From contig JALDZS010000012.1 of the NCBI GenBank assembly GCA_022813965.1, forward strand, positions 1 to 64,000: a stretch of 64,000 nt of DNA, read 5' to 3'. Positions 38,277 to 51,233 of this stretch are shown piece after piece (position 1 is the stretch's first letter; every line of letters begins with the position of its first letter). The DNA comes from Toensbergia leucococca (lineage: Eukaryota). A program made the position numbers and the translations under genes. Below the pieces are notes generated by a model. The model did no database searches. It worked only from the letters and a program-made list of their open reading frames with translations, and was not told where the DNA came from.

Positions 38277-39309
38277 AGCTGTACGCCCAACTGCTTGCAG
38301 ACAGCCAAATGAAATTGAGAAAGTATGAGGCTGTTTGTGCGCAATTAAATTCTTTTGCCTTCTCGAATTCAAGTCCCGAAGGCGTGGACCTCTAGTCTCT
38401 GACCGCAGCCTATTCCTGGTCCGATGTCAGCTCCGAGGGTTTGATCGGTGAAATGCAGTGGGGTGAGAAGGTTTGAGCAAGTTTCCAGAATATGAATGTG
38501 GGGTGCAAGATATCGCATGTGCCAAGTACTCTCACGGAATTGCTTCTCAGCATTGCAGCGAAAGCAGCGTTCATGGCTCCAGAACTAATGTTTCGAGTCC
38601 GGTGAGCTGAAGGTCGAGAACTCAGCCGAATATGACTTTGATTCTGTTAGACACTATTTTGCCGTCATCCACACTGTACGAGTAGACTTCACATAGAAGA
38701 TTGAATGCACGCTTATGCAGGGCCGATGGCGCCAGCCCCTCACCTGGTGCACCCGTTATAAATCCGTATTCTACCTTACACTATCACCACCACCCAACGG
38801 ATAGGCCGGAGCCTCCCTCAAGTCGTATTGACTTCGGGTGAGATCAGAAATCATACGAGAAACACGTTTACATGGAAGTACAAGGCCGACAACGGGCGCC
38901 ATATACGAGAATGAAAATCTGCCTGGTCGCACCTGCTGACCGGAAAAGGTCTGATTCCTTTCATTATTCCGATACCATTCTGCGTCCTAGACACTTTACG
39001 TCAGGATATGAAGTCCCTATTCTGGAGTATCAATCGCCACAATGAACGATATTTGCCTTGCAACCCCAGGTTTCTTACTAAGATCGATGTACTATCTGAC
39101 TTGAGGCATGGGATTCTAATTCGCCCCTTTTTCATTGGCATTCATGCCGTTCCTTAATTGCGACAACTTCCAATTCAGCCAAGTCCTTTGTTGGTGCTGC
39201 TCTTTCACGTGCACACAGTCTTCAGCCTTGCATGCACATGGCCTTGAGGCTTGCAAGACTTTTATTGTAGACCTGTCAGCGCTCCCCTAGCAATAATCAG
39301 CGTAGCGGA

Positions 39310-40140
39310 TTGAATGCTTTATACAAATCAAGTCAAGCTTGCTTTAAACGTTTGTATTGTGAATTTCTAAAGCTTCAGAGTCCTAATATTATTCAAGACA
39401 TTTCGACTATGAGCGTAACCCATTTGGCTTTAATGTTCTTTCATTTCTGCATTTTCTATAGGACATATAATCCCTGGTACCTTCCAATTTAAGCAAACAT
39501 TTGAACTCCATAAATGTCCTTGCCGATTTACTGCTCGTCAACTTGGGAAAAACATATCGTTTTTCATGATTTAACCCTTATCCTATTGACATTGTCCTCA
39601 CTCTAGTAGCTGCCTTTCGGCAAATTGTCGATTCGTTTGTAAAACAAGATAAGCCAATGACTAAGGGGGTGATCAAAGCTATTCACACAATCCTCGTCGG
39701 AGGCACATACCGCCATGGTGAGGCTTACGCCAGAGCTTCAGAAGTTTCAAAAGCAATAATGATCAAATGTCAAGCCGATACAGGAAGAATTGATAGATCG
39801 AGGACTGTTGATCCCTTTATGCTTGCTGCCAACTACTGTAGTCGAGTTGTGAACTTCCTCCCATTCAAATTGGGAACGGAGCAGTCTTTTCCTGTCACTC
39901 GTCGGCTGACACGGATTGAGGAACAATCAGCTGAGGAAGCACCTACCTACCTATTTTGAGCTAGAACCCTGGACGACTGAAATTGGGATCAATCGGAAGC
40001 AAGGCTGCGTGTCCTGAGGCTCATTTGGCAATGCCGCCTCCTTAACAGCACGGATCTTGTCGAAAACCACATGCGCCTAGTGCCAGGGACAAAGCCTTTT
40101 TAAGCGGTGAAAAAGAGCCGGTTGACTCTCATTAAAAAGC
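39310..40140 (+). pseudogene. Degenerate Fic/DOC (Fido) domain gene; boundaries approximate
   Basis: VAAFRQIVDSFVKQDKPMTKGVIKAIHTIL..GGTYRHGEAYA..DPFMLAANYCSRVVNFLPFK is followed by a frameshifted GNG (ttc aaa tt ggg aac gga), i.e. a decayed HPFxDGNGR motif. Confidence 0.6.
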
Positions 40141-41743
40141 ATTGGCTTGGAAAAATCTTGCATAAAAGAATCGAGGTCGGAATTCACGAGACAGGTCTTA
40201 CAGCCAATGACTATCTATCAAGCTGAAATGCTCGCGCCGCCGTAATTGACATATTTAACAACCCTTATCCTACCTGAGGAGCTGTCGACCACATTTTGTT
40301 ACTCAGTTGTCAAAGAGATGATGCACAGAAATCGCCTTGAGCTAAAGACTTAAGTCCACGGCTATCCCTTCATCATAACGCGACCTTTTATCAGGCCGAT
40401 TTGAAACACGGGCACCACGGTAATAGGATGATGAAGGAAGACGGACACTGTTTCACTTTCATAATCAGTGGCACTGACCAATTACAACCTACCTATATCA
40501 CAAAGGTCTGGTTCAACTGAATTTACTATGTCCGAACTTACTCTATGAGTCCGGACCCTGAGCCGTTCTTCCGTCATGCAGACTCTGTGCATCAGCCAGC
40601 TCCAGGGTGTTGATTCTGAGGGAGAGAGATCCAAACCGAGATGAGTATCTACACATTGTTCAGGAGATCACCAAAGTTGGCAGTCATGTAGGAAATCTTG
40701 AGAATACCCCCAATATCTGACAATCTCAAAGTGTACTTGCGTTACTTCAAATAACTTCAGATTACCCTCCTTCATACCGTTTCATTCCTTAAGTGTGTCA
40801 CCGCAATGACATATTTCATTAGAGATCTGCTACTTCATTAGATGAGTGTGTTAGCATCGGGGGAGACTCAGGGACCACCACGTTAAAATCACTGGCACAT
40901 GACTTACATGAACCCTTTTTCACAGTGTTTAGACGATAATCTCGCTCACCCATTACTTTTCTTGGAATTTGATGAATGATTTCGAGGAAGATAGACTGTT
41001 GAGTTTCGCACTTGATGACGTTGTCAATGACCTACCGTGGGATGAGAATGGGGGTTTAAGGAGGTTATCCAAAGTGATCATCATTTGGGAGTAGGACTTG
41101 CTGAAGAAAACTTTCCACCATCCTCTCGGATCCGCTAATGCTAGTAGTACCTGGGTTATTTCTAGGTTATGATATCCTGTGCCTATCTAGGACGCACGAG
41201 CTCATAATGCACAGGTCAGCATGGCACCTGAGCATGATGACGACAGCAGGGGTGATGAAAAGTATGAAAAATAACGCGAAAGTTGATACTGAGCGGCCAG
41301 TAGATAGCTGTCATATGGACTTCATGAATGCTCTCAAGCGCTTTGAAAATGTGAAGAGCTATCAATTCTGTCATGATGTAAGTCAAGTTTCACAAGATGA
41401 TGTATTCCGAAATCAGAGTATTCTACACAGTGTGTTGCGTGTGTACGAGTACGGATTTAATACTTCATTGAAGGTATCGTGGTCATTATCAACACCACTA
41501 CATCGTTGCCCCACCAACCACCCACCCACATTCCCCGTGCCCCATAACCAAACCCCCAAAACCCTTCACACCATCAAGAATTCCCCAGAAAGAAAATCCC
41601 CACAAAAACCCAATCACAACCAACACCAATCCCTCTAAAACACCATCCCAACCCTCCCATTGAATCCACCCCTCCGTCCGAAAAAAAAAACAAAAAACCC
41701 CCCAACAAACACAAAAGAAAAAAAACAAACTCCGAAAAAAAAA

Positions 41744-42876
41744 ATGGAAACCCTCCTCTCCCTCTCCTTCGACGCCCTCTCCTCCCCCTCGGGCCCAAAA
41801 ATCCGCAAAGGCCTCCGCCAACTCGACTCCCTCCTCGCCCAAATCTGCCTCTCCGCCCCCCCCACCCACCAAAAAGCGCCTCCGCCCACGGGGCCAAAAC
41901 CCCTCAGCACACTGAAAGAAGACCCAGCGTTTCGGGAGTTTTACAAATTGCAGGAGGGGTTTGAGTGGAATGGTGAGTTTTGAAATTTCCAGTGTTTTTT
42001 TTATTGTTTTTTTAGGATGGGGAAGGGGGGGAAAGGAGCAAACGAGACCTGAGGGGGGGAAAGGCAATGGGTTTGAACTGATGTGATTTTGGAGCTTAGT
42101 TGCGTCGAGATTGGTCGCCTGTCTGGAGCGTTTGCTGGGGAAAGTGAGCAGTATGTTCCTCCGTGGCTAACAGCCCAGAATCCCCCGAACGCGCAATGGG
42201 CCCTAACCCGAAGGGAAAAAAACAGACGCACAAAACAACCTCCTAATAGTTTCAACCCTGGACCTCCTGCAAGGAATCCTCCTCATCCACCCGGCCTCCC
42301 GCTCCCTCTTCGCCCGCGAAATCTACATGAACGTACGTTTCTCCGCCCTCCCCACACAACCACCTCTCCCAAACCCTCCCCCCCCCTTCGCCTTGCACCA
42401 AAATCCCACACTCCCCCCCCAACCCAAAAAGCCTCACCCCCGCTAACCGCCCCCAACAGCTCCTCCTCGACCTCCTGGAGCCCCTCTCAACGCCCCCCGT
42501 CCAATCCTCCACCCTCCTCACCCTCGTAACAGCCCTCCTCTCCCACCCCCGAAACACCCGCACCTTCGAATCCCTCGACGGTCTGCGCACCATAACCTCG
42601 CTCTTCAAATCGCGCGCCACGACCCGCGAGGTCAAGCTCAAACTCGTCGAGTTTTTGTACTTTTATCTGATGCCCGAGACGCCCGAGGAGCTTACCGCCG
42701 CGGGGAAGATGGGTGGCGATGGGTTGGTGGTGGGGGGAGGGGTTTTGGAGGATGGGAAGGCGGGGACGAGGAGTACGGAGGAGAAGCAGGGGCTTTTGGG
42801 GAGGTATTTGGGGGATGTGGGGGGGTTGGTGGAGGATTTGAGGGAGAGTGCGCCGTTTGGGAGGGGGATTGGGTGA
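41744..42876 (+). CDS. cdc14: Septation-initiation-network protein Cdc14 (S. pombe cdc14 type, not the phosphatase); 4 exons
   Basis: METLLSLSFDALSS..KIRKGLRQ..LLAQICLS..DPAFREFYKLQEGFEWN|VASRLV..LHPASRSLFAREIYMN-like segment..EVKLKLVEFLYFYLMPETP..RSTEEKQGLLGRYL. Confidence 0.9.
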
Positions 42877-43062
42877 GGGGGTTGGGGTCGGGGATGGCTT
42901 TTTGTGGTATTTCTTTCTCTTACCTTTTTCCTTTCTTGCATGGAAGCGGGTGTAAGGAGACTTTGGGTACGGTCGAATCGGACGGCGAGATGCTTCCCGC
43001 TCGGGAGAAAAATCGTCTTTCATCACACGGACGATTCATTCGCTCGATAATCTTATTATATC

Positions 43063-44137
43063 TTACATCTTTACACCGTCTCCCCCAAACCATTCCTTCA
43101 CGATTCTCTCCCGATGCCCGACCAAATTCCCGTGCCTCATTAAATCCCTCCTCATCCGCCAATCCCGCCACCCCACTCCCTCATCAATCAGAAGATGCGT
43201 ATAAGCAAACACGCTCGCGTCGAACAACCCTGGCCCTTCTGCTCCAAAGAACCACTCTTCTTCACCAAGTAGCGTTGACAGAGCCGCAAACGCCTCGTTC
43301 GCAGCGGTGTACAGCGCCTCCGCATCGATAATTGCGGCATGCTTGAGGATTTCCGCTTCGGCAGCTGCGCGCAGGCTGTATGATAGTGATAAGCGGACGA
43401 GGGTGTTGGAGGTTGCGGGGGCGATGTAGAGCCGGTAGGCGACAAAGGAGAAGTTGGCGGGTGTTAGGTAGAGGGTGTGAAGCTATTGAGGGAAGGGTTA
43501 GTTGTTGGGGACGCATTCCAGCAGGTTGTATAGTGACAGGTAGGGGCTTTGGGAGAATGGTACTCACCCATGCGGCGCGGATTCGGTGATCGAGCAGAGA
43601 GAGGTAGGCTTCGTATCTCATGTTGGAAGGCTCCTCGCGTGAGAGATTATTCTCGCGGGCCCAGCGTTGGAGTTTGTTTGCGGGGATTGGGGGGGGTGTC
43701 GCTTCTGTGGTTGAGGAGGGGGAGGGAAGGAGAAAGGGTAGGGAGCCGGTTGGGGAAGCGTGGTTGGTAGAGGGAGTGGTGGTGAAGGGGATGGAGTTGA
43801 AGAGGAGATAGGTCTGGTTTCGTGGTACGTTTAGCAGCTTTTTCCTAGGTCTTTTTTTTTCTCTCTTCGGGGCCGGAGAACACACCTGCCATTTCAGACA
43901 GCTTGGATTGAAGGACGCGCCGTTTTGGGCGACTGCTGTTGGGGTGGTGAAGATGTATAGGACATGCTTCTTTTCATGGGGGGTCGGGTAGTTGGAAAGT
44001 GGGAGGGGGTTTCGCGGGTATGTGTGAAGTGGGAAATTATCGAAGAGGCGCTTTATGGGCGCGGGGGTTGTGAACCAGCGTTTGGGTGGTAGGGCCTTGG
44101 AGGATGAGGAAGAGGAAGAGGAAGCATCTTGTGGCAT
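43063..44137 (-). CDS. SAM35: Mitochondrial SAM complex subunit Sam35 (metaxin/GST-like); 3 exons
   Basis: WFTTPAPIKRLFDNFPLHTYP, SFNPSCLKWQ|TYL, NHASPTGSLPFLLP, LLDHRIRAAW and AFAALSTLLGEEEWFFG..PGLFDASVFAYTHLL. Confidence 0.88.
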
Positions 44138-44632
44138 TATTGGACGAGTCCATGCTTTGGAGAACGAGGCGCGGAAAGGACTGAGTTGGGTGGGAAACTT
44201 TCAGCCTTATGGAGCGGATGAGTGCTCTAAATCTCCGTCTAAGGGGTTTCTCCGTCCCTCCGTTTGAGGAGAGGGAACGGATATCCATACGGGAACGTTG
44301 CTATTAGTAAAATTCTGGTTGTTTCTTTGTCTAATGATTGTAGAGAAGCCATTCATTGTTATCTACTTCCTTTCTTGAATGTGCTCATTTCCTTTAGGTT
44401 TGGAGTCTATGACGGTACCTATCGTCATACAAGACGAAATACTGGAAGGCAATACTTCATGTTGTCAAGATTTCACTCCAAGCTATCCATCCGTCTTTCT
44501 GTATCAAGCACATACAAATGTCGAGCTCAGAGTGCTCTGCAAATTGTCGATCGAACGTGTGACTCTTCAGGTTCGTTGTACAGCAAGTTTAAACCTCACA
44601 CATCAGTATCAAGCTATTCATCAAAAGCCAGT

Positions 44633-45699
44633 ATGGGTGACCCGGTCGTCGCAGTAATAACAGGAGCAGTAAGGCTCTCAAAATGAAATTCATTTACAAG
44701 ACTTGCCTACTGAACTTCTGTTAGAATAGGGGCATCGGTGAAGCCATTTGCCAGACCCTGGCGAACTCTGTTCAAGAACCTCTAATTATATATGCTGCCT
44801 CTCGTAAAGGGGTTGATTTTGGTATCAAAATGTCGTCCTCAAATGAAAGACATGTCATACGTTATCCAAAGCTCGACATCACCGATCCCAAGAGTATAGA
44901 CAGTCTAGCGAAAGTTATCAAAAAAGATCATTCAGGGGTAAATGTACTCATCAATAACGCCGGAGTCAATCTTGACACCAAGTATTCTCCGGAAAACGTT
45001 CGGAATACTTTGGAAACTAATTATCATGGAACCCTGCAAGTGAGCGTTTCAATCTTCAAATACCAGGATTGATTTTGCCCCTGTTTGCACTAATACATTC
45101 TCCTGATAGATGTGTCAAACTTTCATACCTCTGCTTAAAAACAATAGCCGTATTGTCAACATGTCCTCTGTCGGCTCCTCGTTGAATCACTACAGCGATG
45201 AGCTCAAGCACCGATTCCGAGATCCTAACATGACCTTGGAGAACCTACAGGATATGGTAACTGAATATCAGGTATATTTCAGAGTGTCAACAGTAGGAAA
45301 CCTGTACTGACTGACGTCCGCTATAAAATAGACTTGTGCAAACAATCGCACCGAAAGCCAGCATGGATGGCCCAGACAAGCATACAGTGTCAGCAAAGCC
45401 TGTATAAACGCTCTAACAGCAGTACTCGCTCGAGAAAATCCTGAGCTAATAATCAACGCATGCTGTCCCGGATGGGTATCGACGGATATGGGAAGGATGG
45501 TCGGATCTCCGCCCAAACGTCCAAGTACGGAAATGGTCAGCCTTGAATCTAGTCGCATGCTGACAGTATATTTTGTTTAGTTGACGGGGCCAAAATCCCT
45601 CTTCGTCTTGGCTTTGGAGATGTTGGTGGGATCAGTGGCCGGTATTGGGCTAATCCATCGATCGCCGGTAAGGGAGATGGCCAGGTCATGGAGTGGTAG
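44633..45699 (+). CDS. Carbonyl reductase-type short-chain dehydrogenase/reductase; 5 exons
   Basis: VITGA|NRGIG, LDITD, LINNAG, IVNMSS, AYSVSK (YxxxK) and NACCPGWVSTDMG. Confidence 0.92.
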
Positions 45700-46563
45700 A
45701 AGCACGCTATTCCTCGCAAAGACTCTTCGAACACTGGGGCTGCTGGGGCACTTTGAAGACTGAAACCGCAAGTTTCTAAAGGATGGGGAGTATTCTTGTG
45801 AGTCAATTTGGGTGTTGAAAGAATTCAAAGAAAGACAAATTGAAGATCGCAGATCTTGGAATCCAAAAGATATTCTGAATCATCTTGGAGCACACAGCAA
45901 TTAACAACCTATATCACTCTTTTCAATCAATCTTTTTCTTTCGAATAAATGTCTTGATATGCATTTGAGATGAGAAAATATCGTTGATATCACTTCAGTG
46001 GAAGAAGGCACAAGCAAGATCTTTCTGACGATTTTCTTTCATCTCAACGCTTACTGATGCAAAAGAAAGTCTTCGAAATGCATAGTGATAGCGACCCGTG
46101 ACGAAAAAAATACTCGTAACAGTGTTGAGAAATACTCTCGCACTGCACATAAGATTTCGAACCACAAGCTTCTCAAACTAGTTCTGATACATGTGTGCGT
46201 ACACTAGATTTGGCAAGCACTGCGATTGGCGACAGTTCAATTCACCACCTTACCACCAAAAGCAATCCGGCCTGATTTCTCCAGCTCCCACCTACTGCAA
46301 TCCACAGGCTTGAGTACCCAATCAAATCTACTGTTGAGAGTCAATTGTACCAGAGAATTTCGGAGTTGTGGGCCTTCGCTGGCCTGCCATTGCGGAACCC
46401 ACAAAGATGTGACCCTTACGCGATAGTACACCATAGCAATATCTCACCGAGGACGGATTCTCGGTAACACCGACATGGCCAAGATCGTTGGCTACAATTA
46501 GCAGCGTTAATTCATCCGAAGTACCGGTCTCCGCGTAGTCTATACCGAGGAAATTTGGACCGT

Positions 46564-47823
46564 TCATAATCGAGTTCGATAGTTCCTAGCATGCCATGAA
46601 AGGGGTTTCATAGGCCCTAAGTCAGCTGGGCTTTTCTCGAGCACACCCCATGCCGAGAGTCTCGATTCATCCCACATGCAGTATCCCCACGTGAACAAGC
46701 TCTCCCATTGTTCGTCTGGCCCAGGTAAGAATTGTTCCCTCGTCGCCCACGCCCACGCTGCGTTGGGTCCTTGCTGGTCGTTAACAAACTGGTGTTGGGG
46801 GTCGTTAGGATCTATACCATCATCTTCAGATTCTTGCCTCTGCCAAAACGGTTCGCGGTAATAATTTTTATCAAATTCATGACGCTCGTCACTAAGATGC
46901 ATATTTTCTTGGAGTAAAGCTTGGCGGTCGCCATGAGAATGGCATCTTAGTAATCGAGACCAGAATGCCAATCCCCTAGTATGGATGTACATGTGCATAA
47001 GCCCGTCTGCGATATGGTTATTTCTTGGTCAATGCCAGCAAGTAGTAGTGTACGTACTTCGACTAAAATAATCATTGACCTCAGTAGAATCGTCGTATGA
47101 GAGGATGGCGAGCTCAGTATTGATTTGACTCAAATCGAAGCGAACATCCGAGCCTACATCTTGCACGAGCTCTGCTAGCTGCGCATCTAGATAATACACT
47201 AAACACACGGTCTCACCGAACTCCCAAGGCGGCAAGAAAAGATCATTCAAACGCATGTCTAGATATGAGCCTTGAAAACTCGTCCCGAGACCTGATTTGA
47301 AAAGCGCTTCTCGTCGACCTCGCATGATGGTAGAGGTTAATTCGAAGAAGTAAGCAGCTCTCTGAAAGCGGCGCATTTCTGAGCATGACAAAAGGGCGTG
47401 TGTAGCCTCAGTAGTTTGAAAGGCAGACGTAGCTACGTCAAGTGCACTTTGGCCGAAATTTTGAATAATTATAAGAACTTTGTCGTGAAGGCATGCCACA
47501 GCAGCCAATTCTTTGAAAGTAAGTTCGTTGGCTCGCTGCAGTGCCAATGGCGTGTCCCTGAGACAGCTTGGCCACGAGGGAAGAAGCCAGCTGCTATCAT
47601 CTTCTTCGTAATCTCTCACTAATCTTGCTATCTCGAAAGCGTAGGGAAGGCTGTCACGGTCAATAGATCGTAGCAGAACCGCTAAAAGAATCTCCCTTCT
47701 GCGAACTGAGTATGTCTTGTAGCACGTCGAGGAAGTGCGAATTAAAGCCCACAAGCTGGCAGGGTCTGAGATCTCAAGGAAGATGGCATGCCTGAGCTCG
47801 GTTGGAAGTTTTGTGAACGACAT
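46564..47823 (-). CDS. Hypothetical protein with an F-box-like N-terminus; intron ~47006-47056
   Basis: MSFTKLPTELRHAIFLEI..LWALIRTS..; SEMRRFQRAAYFFEL; C-terminal GPNAAWAWA..WGYCMWDESRL. A GTACGT..CAG intron joins the two ORFs in frame. Confidence 0.75.
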
Positions 47824-48474
47824 GAACTGAATCTACCACTGATTGTCTAAGGCACAATGTAACGGAGCGAGTTGAGCGGCTATGCATTCACGATAGACAT
47901 CACATTAGAGAAGGCGAGAGACCAGGGAAATGTAGTAGGAGACTCTACATATGACGTAGGAAGAGCCAATACAAGATAAGATGTGAGAGGAGGGGGAGGA
48001 GAAAGAGTTGACAGCGAATCAGAGGATGAAAACTTTCGCATATGGGCATATGAAGTCACAGAAAAGCCAAGCATTGATGAGAAGTTGAATCGGCTTCTCA
48101 GAAATTAGCCTTGTAAGCAAGAAAGAGAAGATCTGGAGGTGGAGTTGTCCACGACTTTCAAAGGCTACCTGGACGAGAGTCGTTGTACCTGTCATGCGCG
48201 AGGGGACTTGCGGTTGATAAATCATGACTCGCAAGGCTAGCCCTAATCATTCCGTCGAGGCTTCAATGTGATTGGCTCTAGGGCATTTGTGTCTAAGTAG
48301 GTAGAAAACGCCTTCCGTTATGCATTTCAATTACTTAAGGTATCATTAACGAGAAACCACAGTCCTCACGGCCTATTCAAAGTCTCTCCACATGACGTAG
48401 AGAGATCGCCTCGTTGCTTCTTCCTTGTTCCTTTTGGAGCCAACGCGACCTGAACCCTTGTCATTACCCCCGCC

Positions 48475-50372
48475 TCACTGCCATGCCGCCTGACTCAAGG
48501 ACAGTAAATTCTGTACACAGTCGAAATCGTCGTCTTCACGTGCTGTTTTTGCACCACTCATGAACCCTGCCACTTCATCGTCCACTTCCGATCCCGCCTT
48601 CACCTGTCCGTTGCTTTCTCCTTTCTTCGAACACAGACGGCGTGGTGTAATGTTTTCACGATTCATAAGAGCGTCCAAACTTGAAGAATGACTTGGCATA
48701 TGAGCGTTTTCTCCCAGCACTGGACGACGCGACGTCTGAGGCCTGGGCATTCTCCGCACATTGCTGATCTGCGTACCAGGTGCCCAATTCTCCTTGTCTG
48801 AGTCTCCATCATCATAGCCTACTGTCTGGGAGCTCGACTTTACATCACGATCTTTCCGTTTCAGAGCTTGGATCTGCGTGTTGCCATTAACAGTCTGCAG
48901 TCTCGCCACCGAAGATATTGCACGAGCAAGCTTCGGCTTCTGTACTAGCTGGGAAGTCGGCTTGAGCCGTTTCAACGACTCTGGCTTTGGAACCTTGGCA
49001 TTGCGCTTGTTAGGATTCGGGGTCATGGATTTTTGGCTTCTTGATCTAATTAGTCCGATGGCACCAACGGCAGATCCACTTTGCTCTTGCTCGGCCTGAG
49101 CTGTCAATGCATTTCGAGCATCACTGTCACAGTAGAACTCCCATGTCCGAGCATCCCGTGACCTTCCAGTCATGGTTCGTCTTGGCAAAAGTGGAAGGAA
49201 AGAATGACCATCTTGGGAAGATTGATCCACTGTTGCAACTGCACTCTTGCTTCGCTGGAGAACAACGGGGCGCGATGGTGCATCGATCGATGACGTGAAG
49301 AACTGAGATCGTGGTAGTGACGGAGAGTTCCCGCTACCGGTAGTAACTTCCGCTTTCCCGTCAAATGACATTGACAATCTGAGGAGGGATGAAGTACGCC
49401 TTAATTGGTCCGGTGACTTTGGGATAGCACTCATTACGCTTGTGGTACCAAGACTTGAATTCAAAGGACTGGGTGGAGAAATTGAACTCAACAAGTGCGC
49501 TATATGCGATTGGACGGAGATGTTTCCCTTATCAAAACCCAGAATCGAGTTCACTGGAGTCGTTGACGGTTTCAGGGAGGTGGAATGGTCAAGTGATCTG
49601 GCATATTGGCTTGATTCAGGAACCACTGTCGTATCGGCGACCTTGCATTCGGCATAGCAGGCTGTATTTCCAGGGCGAGGAAGCATCATTCGCTTGGAAT
49701 CCTTGCTTGACGCCATGGTTCGAGTGGGATCTGATATGCAGCATGTTTCGGACTCGCTGCTTTGACTGGATGGATCCTGCAGCGGGCTGTCTCCTTCAAT
49801 AGAAAAGCTTGAAGATGTCACGTTCATTACACTGTCTTGACTGAGATGGAACGATGTGGTCACTTCGAAGGGCATCGGTGGTCGAGACTTGCGACGTGCC
49901 ATCTGCCGGCGATTTTGGAACCATATCTGCAGTGGATAGAAGTCAGCTTATGGGCGAGCCAAGAGTGGCCAGGGCAGGGGCATGGCCTTGACTTCTGATT
50001 GTTCTGATTTATTGTGTATAGACTAACCTGCACTTCTTTCTCACCCAGAGCAACGTGACCAACAATAGCAAGCCTAGCAGGCTTGTCGGGCTTGGGGTTC
50101 CGCTGATACTCGGCTTCGAGGATGGCATGGTCTTCCGGACTATAATACTGTCATTGAGTTTCACATCCTAACATTCTTTAGGCCTATGCATACCTTGTTC
50201 GCCGACGCTTCTGCCGTGCAAGAGGTTCGTTATCGACATTTGGAGGCAGATTTTTGTTTAACGTATCCTGAGAATGGACCAAGAAGGCATGATTGCCAAG
50301 AGGAGGGTCTGAACTGCTTCTATTCAACTGTTTTTGGGGATGACCCGAGGGAGAATCGCCGCGCTTGCTCAT
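48475..50372 (-). CDS. Homeobox transcription factor (Yox1-like); 3 exons, start uncertain
   Basis: RQKRRRT|SPEDHAILEAEYQRNPKPDKPARLAIVGHVALGEKEVQ|IWFQNRRQ; downstream GRSRDARTWEFYCD and DCVQNLLSLSQAAW. Confidence 0.9.
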
Positions 50373-51233
50373 TGTGATTTGACGCTTTTGAACTTCTTGA
50401 TTACCACCAGCATAGAGACATGAACTCTAGGTGCGTACGACTTTATACATCATGACTTTGTGTTGGGTTGTGGAAGTAGAAAGGAAAAACGCGTCGCGGC
50501 CTTGAACGTGAATACAACTGAGTGGAGATTTAGCCTTGTATTTACGCGAACATTTAGTTACTCTATGCGAGATTCCGCCAATCTGAGACTGAGACAGAAA
50601 GCGACCCGGTTCAATGTAGCACTCAGCGAAATTGGATAAGATATCTGAACCATGGTAAGAACTGGAATGTGCGTGTTGAAGGAAGTCTAAGCCAATTGAG
50701 CTCAAAACGGGCCACGAATCATACGACTCAGTCTCCTCTCTGAGATGCACTCGAATCTTCCTGACCAAGATAGGCACCCTCGTACCGTTGCTCGGTCAAG
50801 ACCACTGTCTACTCCTTGAGTCTTGATCTTAGGCTCAAGGTGTATCAGAATAGGGAGACTCGTTGACGTCCAAAGACAATCATCGTCCAACAATCCATCC
50901 TTCTCCCGTACCTTGCAGTACCCAAGCTGCTGAAGGCCGGCCAATGATTCAATGTCATTATAGCAGTGTCGTAACACCGAGATTGCACTCATCAATAGAA
51001 TACTAAAAGATCGGAGGAAAAGGTCAATCGAGGGAATGGAAACAGGATATTCTAGTTTATCCGCCACCGTGCCGCCACCCCTCTATTCTATTTTATTTGC
51101 GCTCCATTAGGACTAAAGTGGGCCCCACCTCAACGTCAACAATTCACAAATTCTCAAACCTCAAATTGACATCGCTCCAACGCCCTTGACCAACTCTTCC
51201 TCATTAAGTCGAACGAATCTCATTGTCGCAATC

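Noticed and set aside
39570..40275. Short repeated words (AACCCTTATCCTA; AGCCAATGACT) as possible TE ends or CRISPR-like repeats
   Set aside because: Only two copies each, not collinear, with no TIR/LTR/TSD structure; plausible by chance.
40900..41640. Possible gene or pseudogene (ORF 41138-41638 and upstream fragments)
   Set aside because: No recognisable family and no coherent splice model; the 3' part runs into low-complexity DNA.
47006..47056. Apparent split of the F-box-like gene into two ORFs
   Set aside because: A canonical intron joins them in frame.
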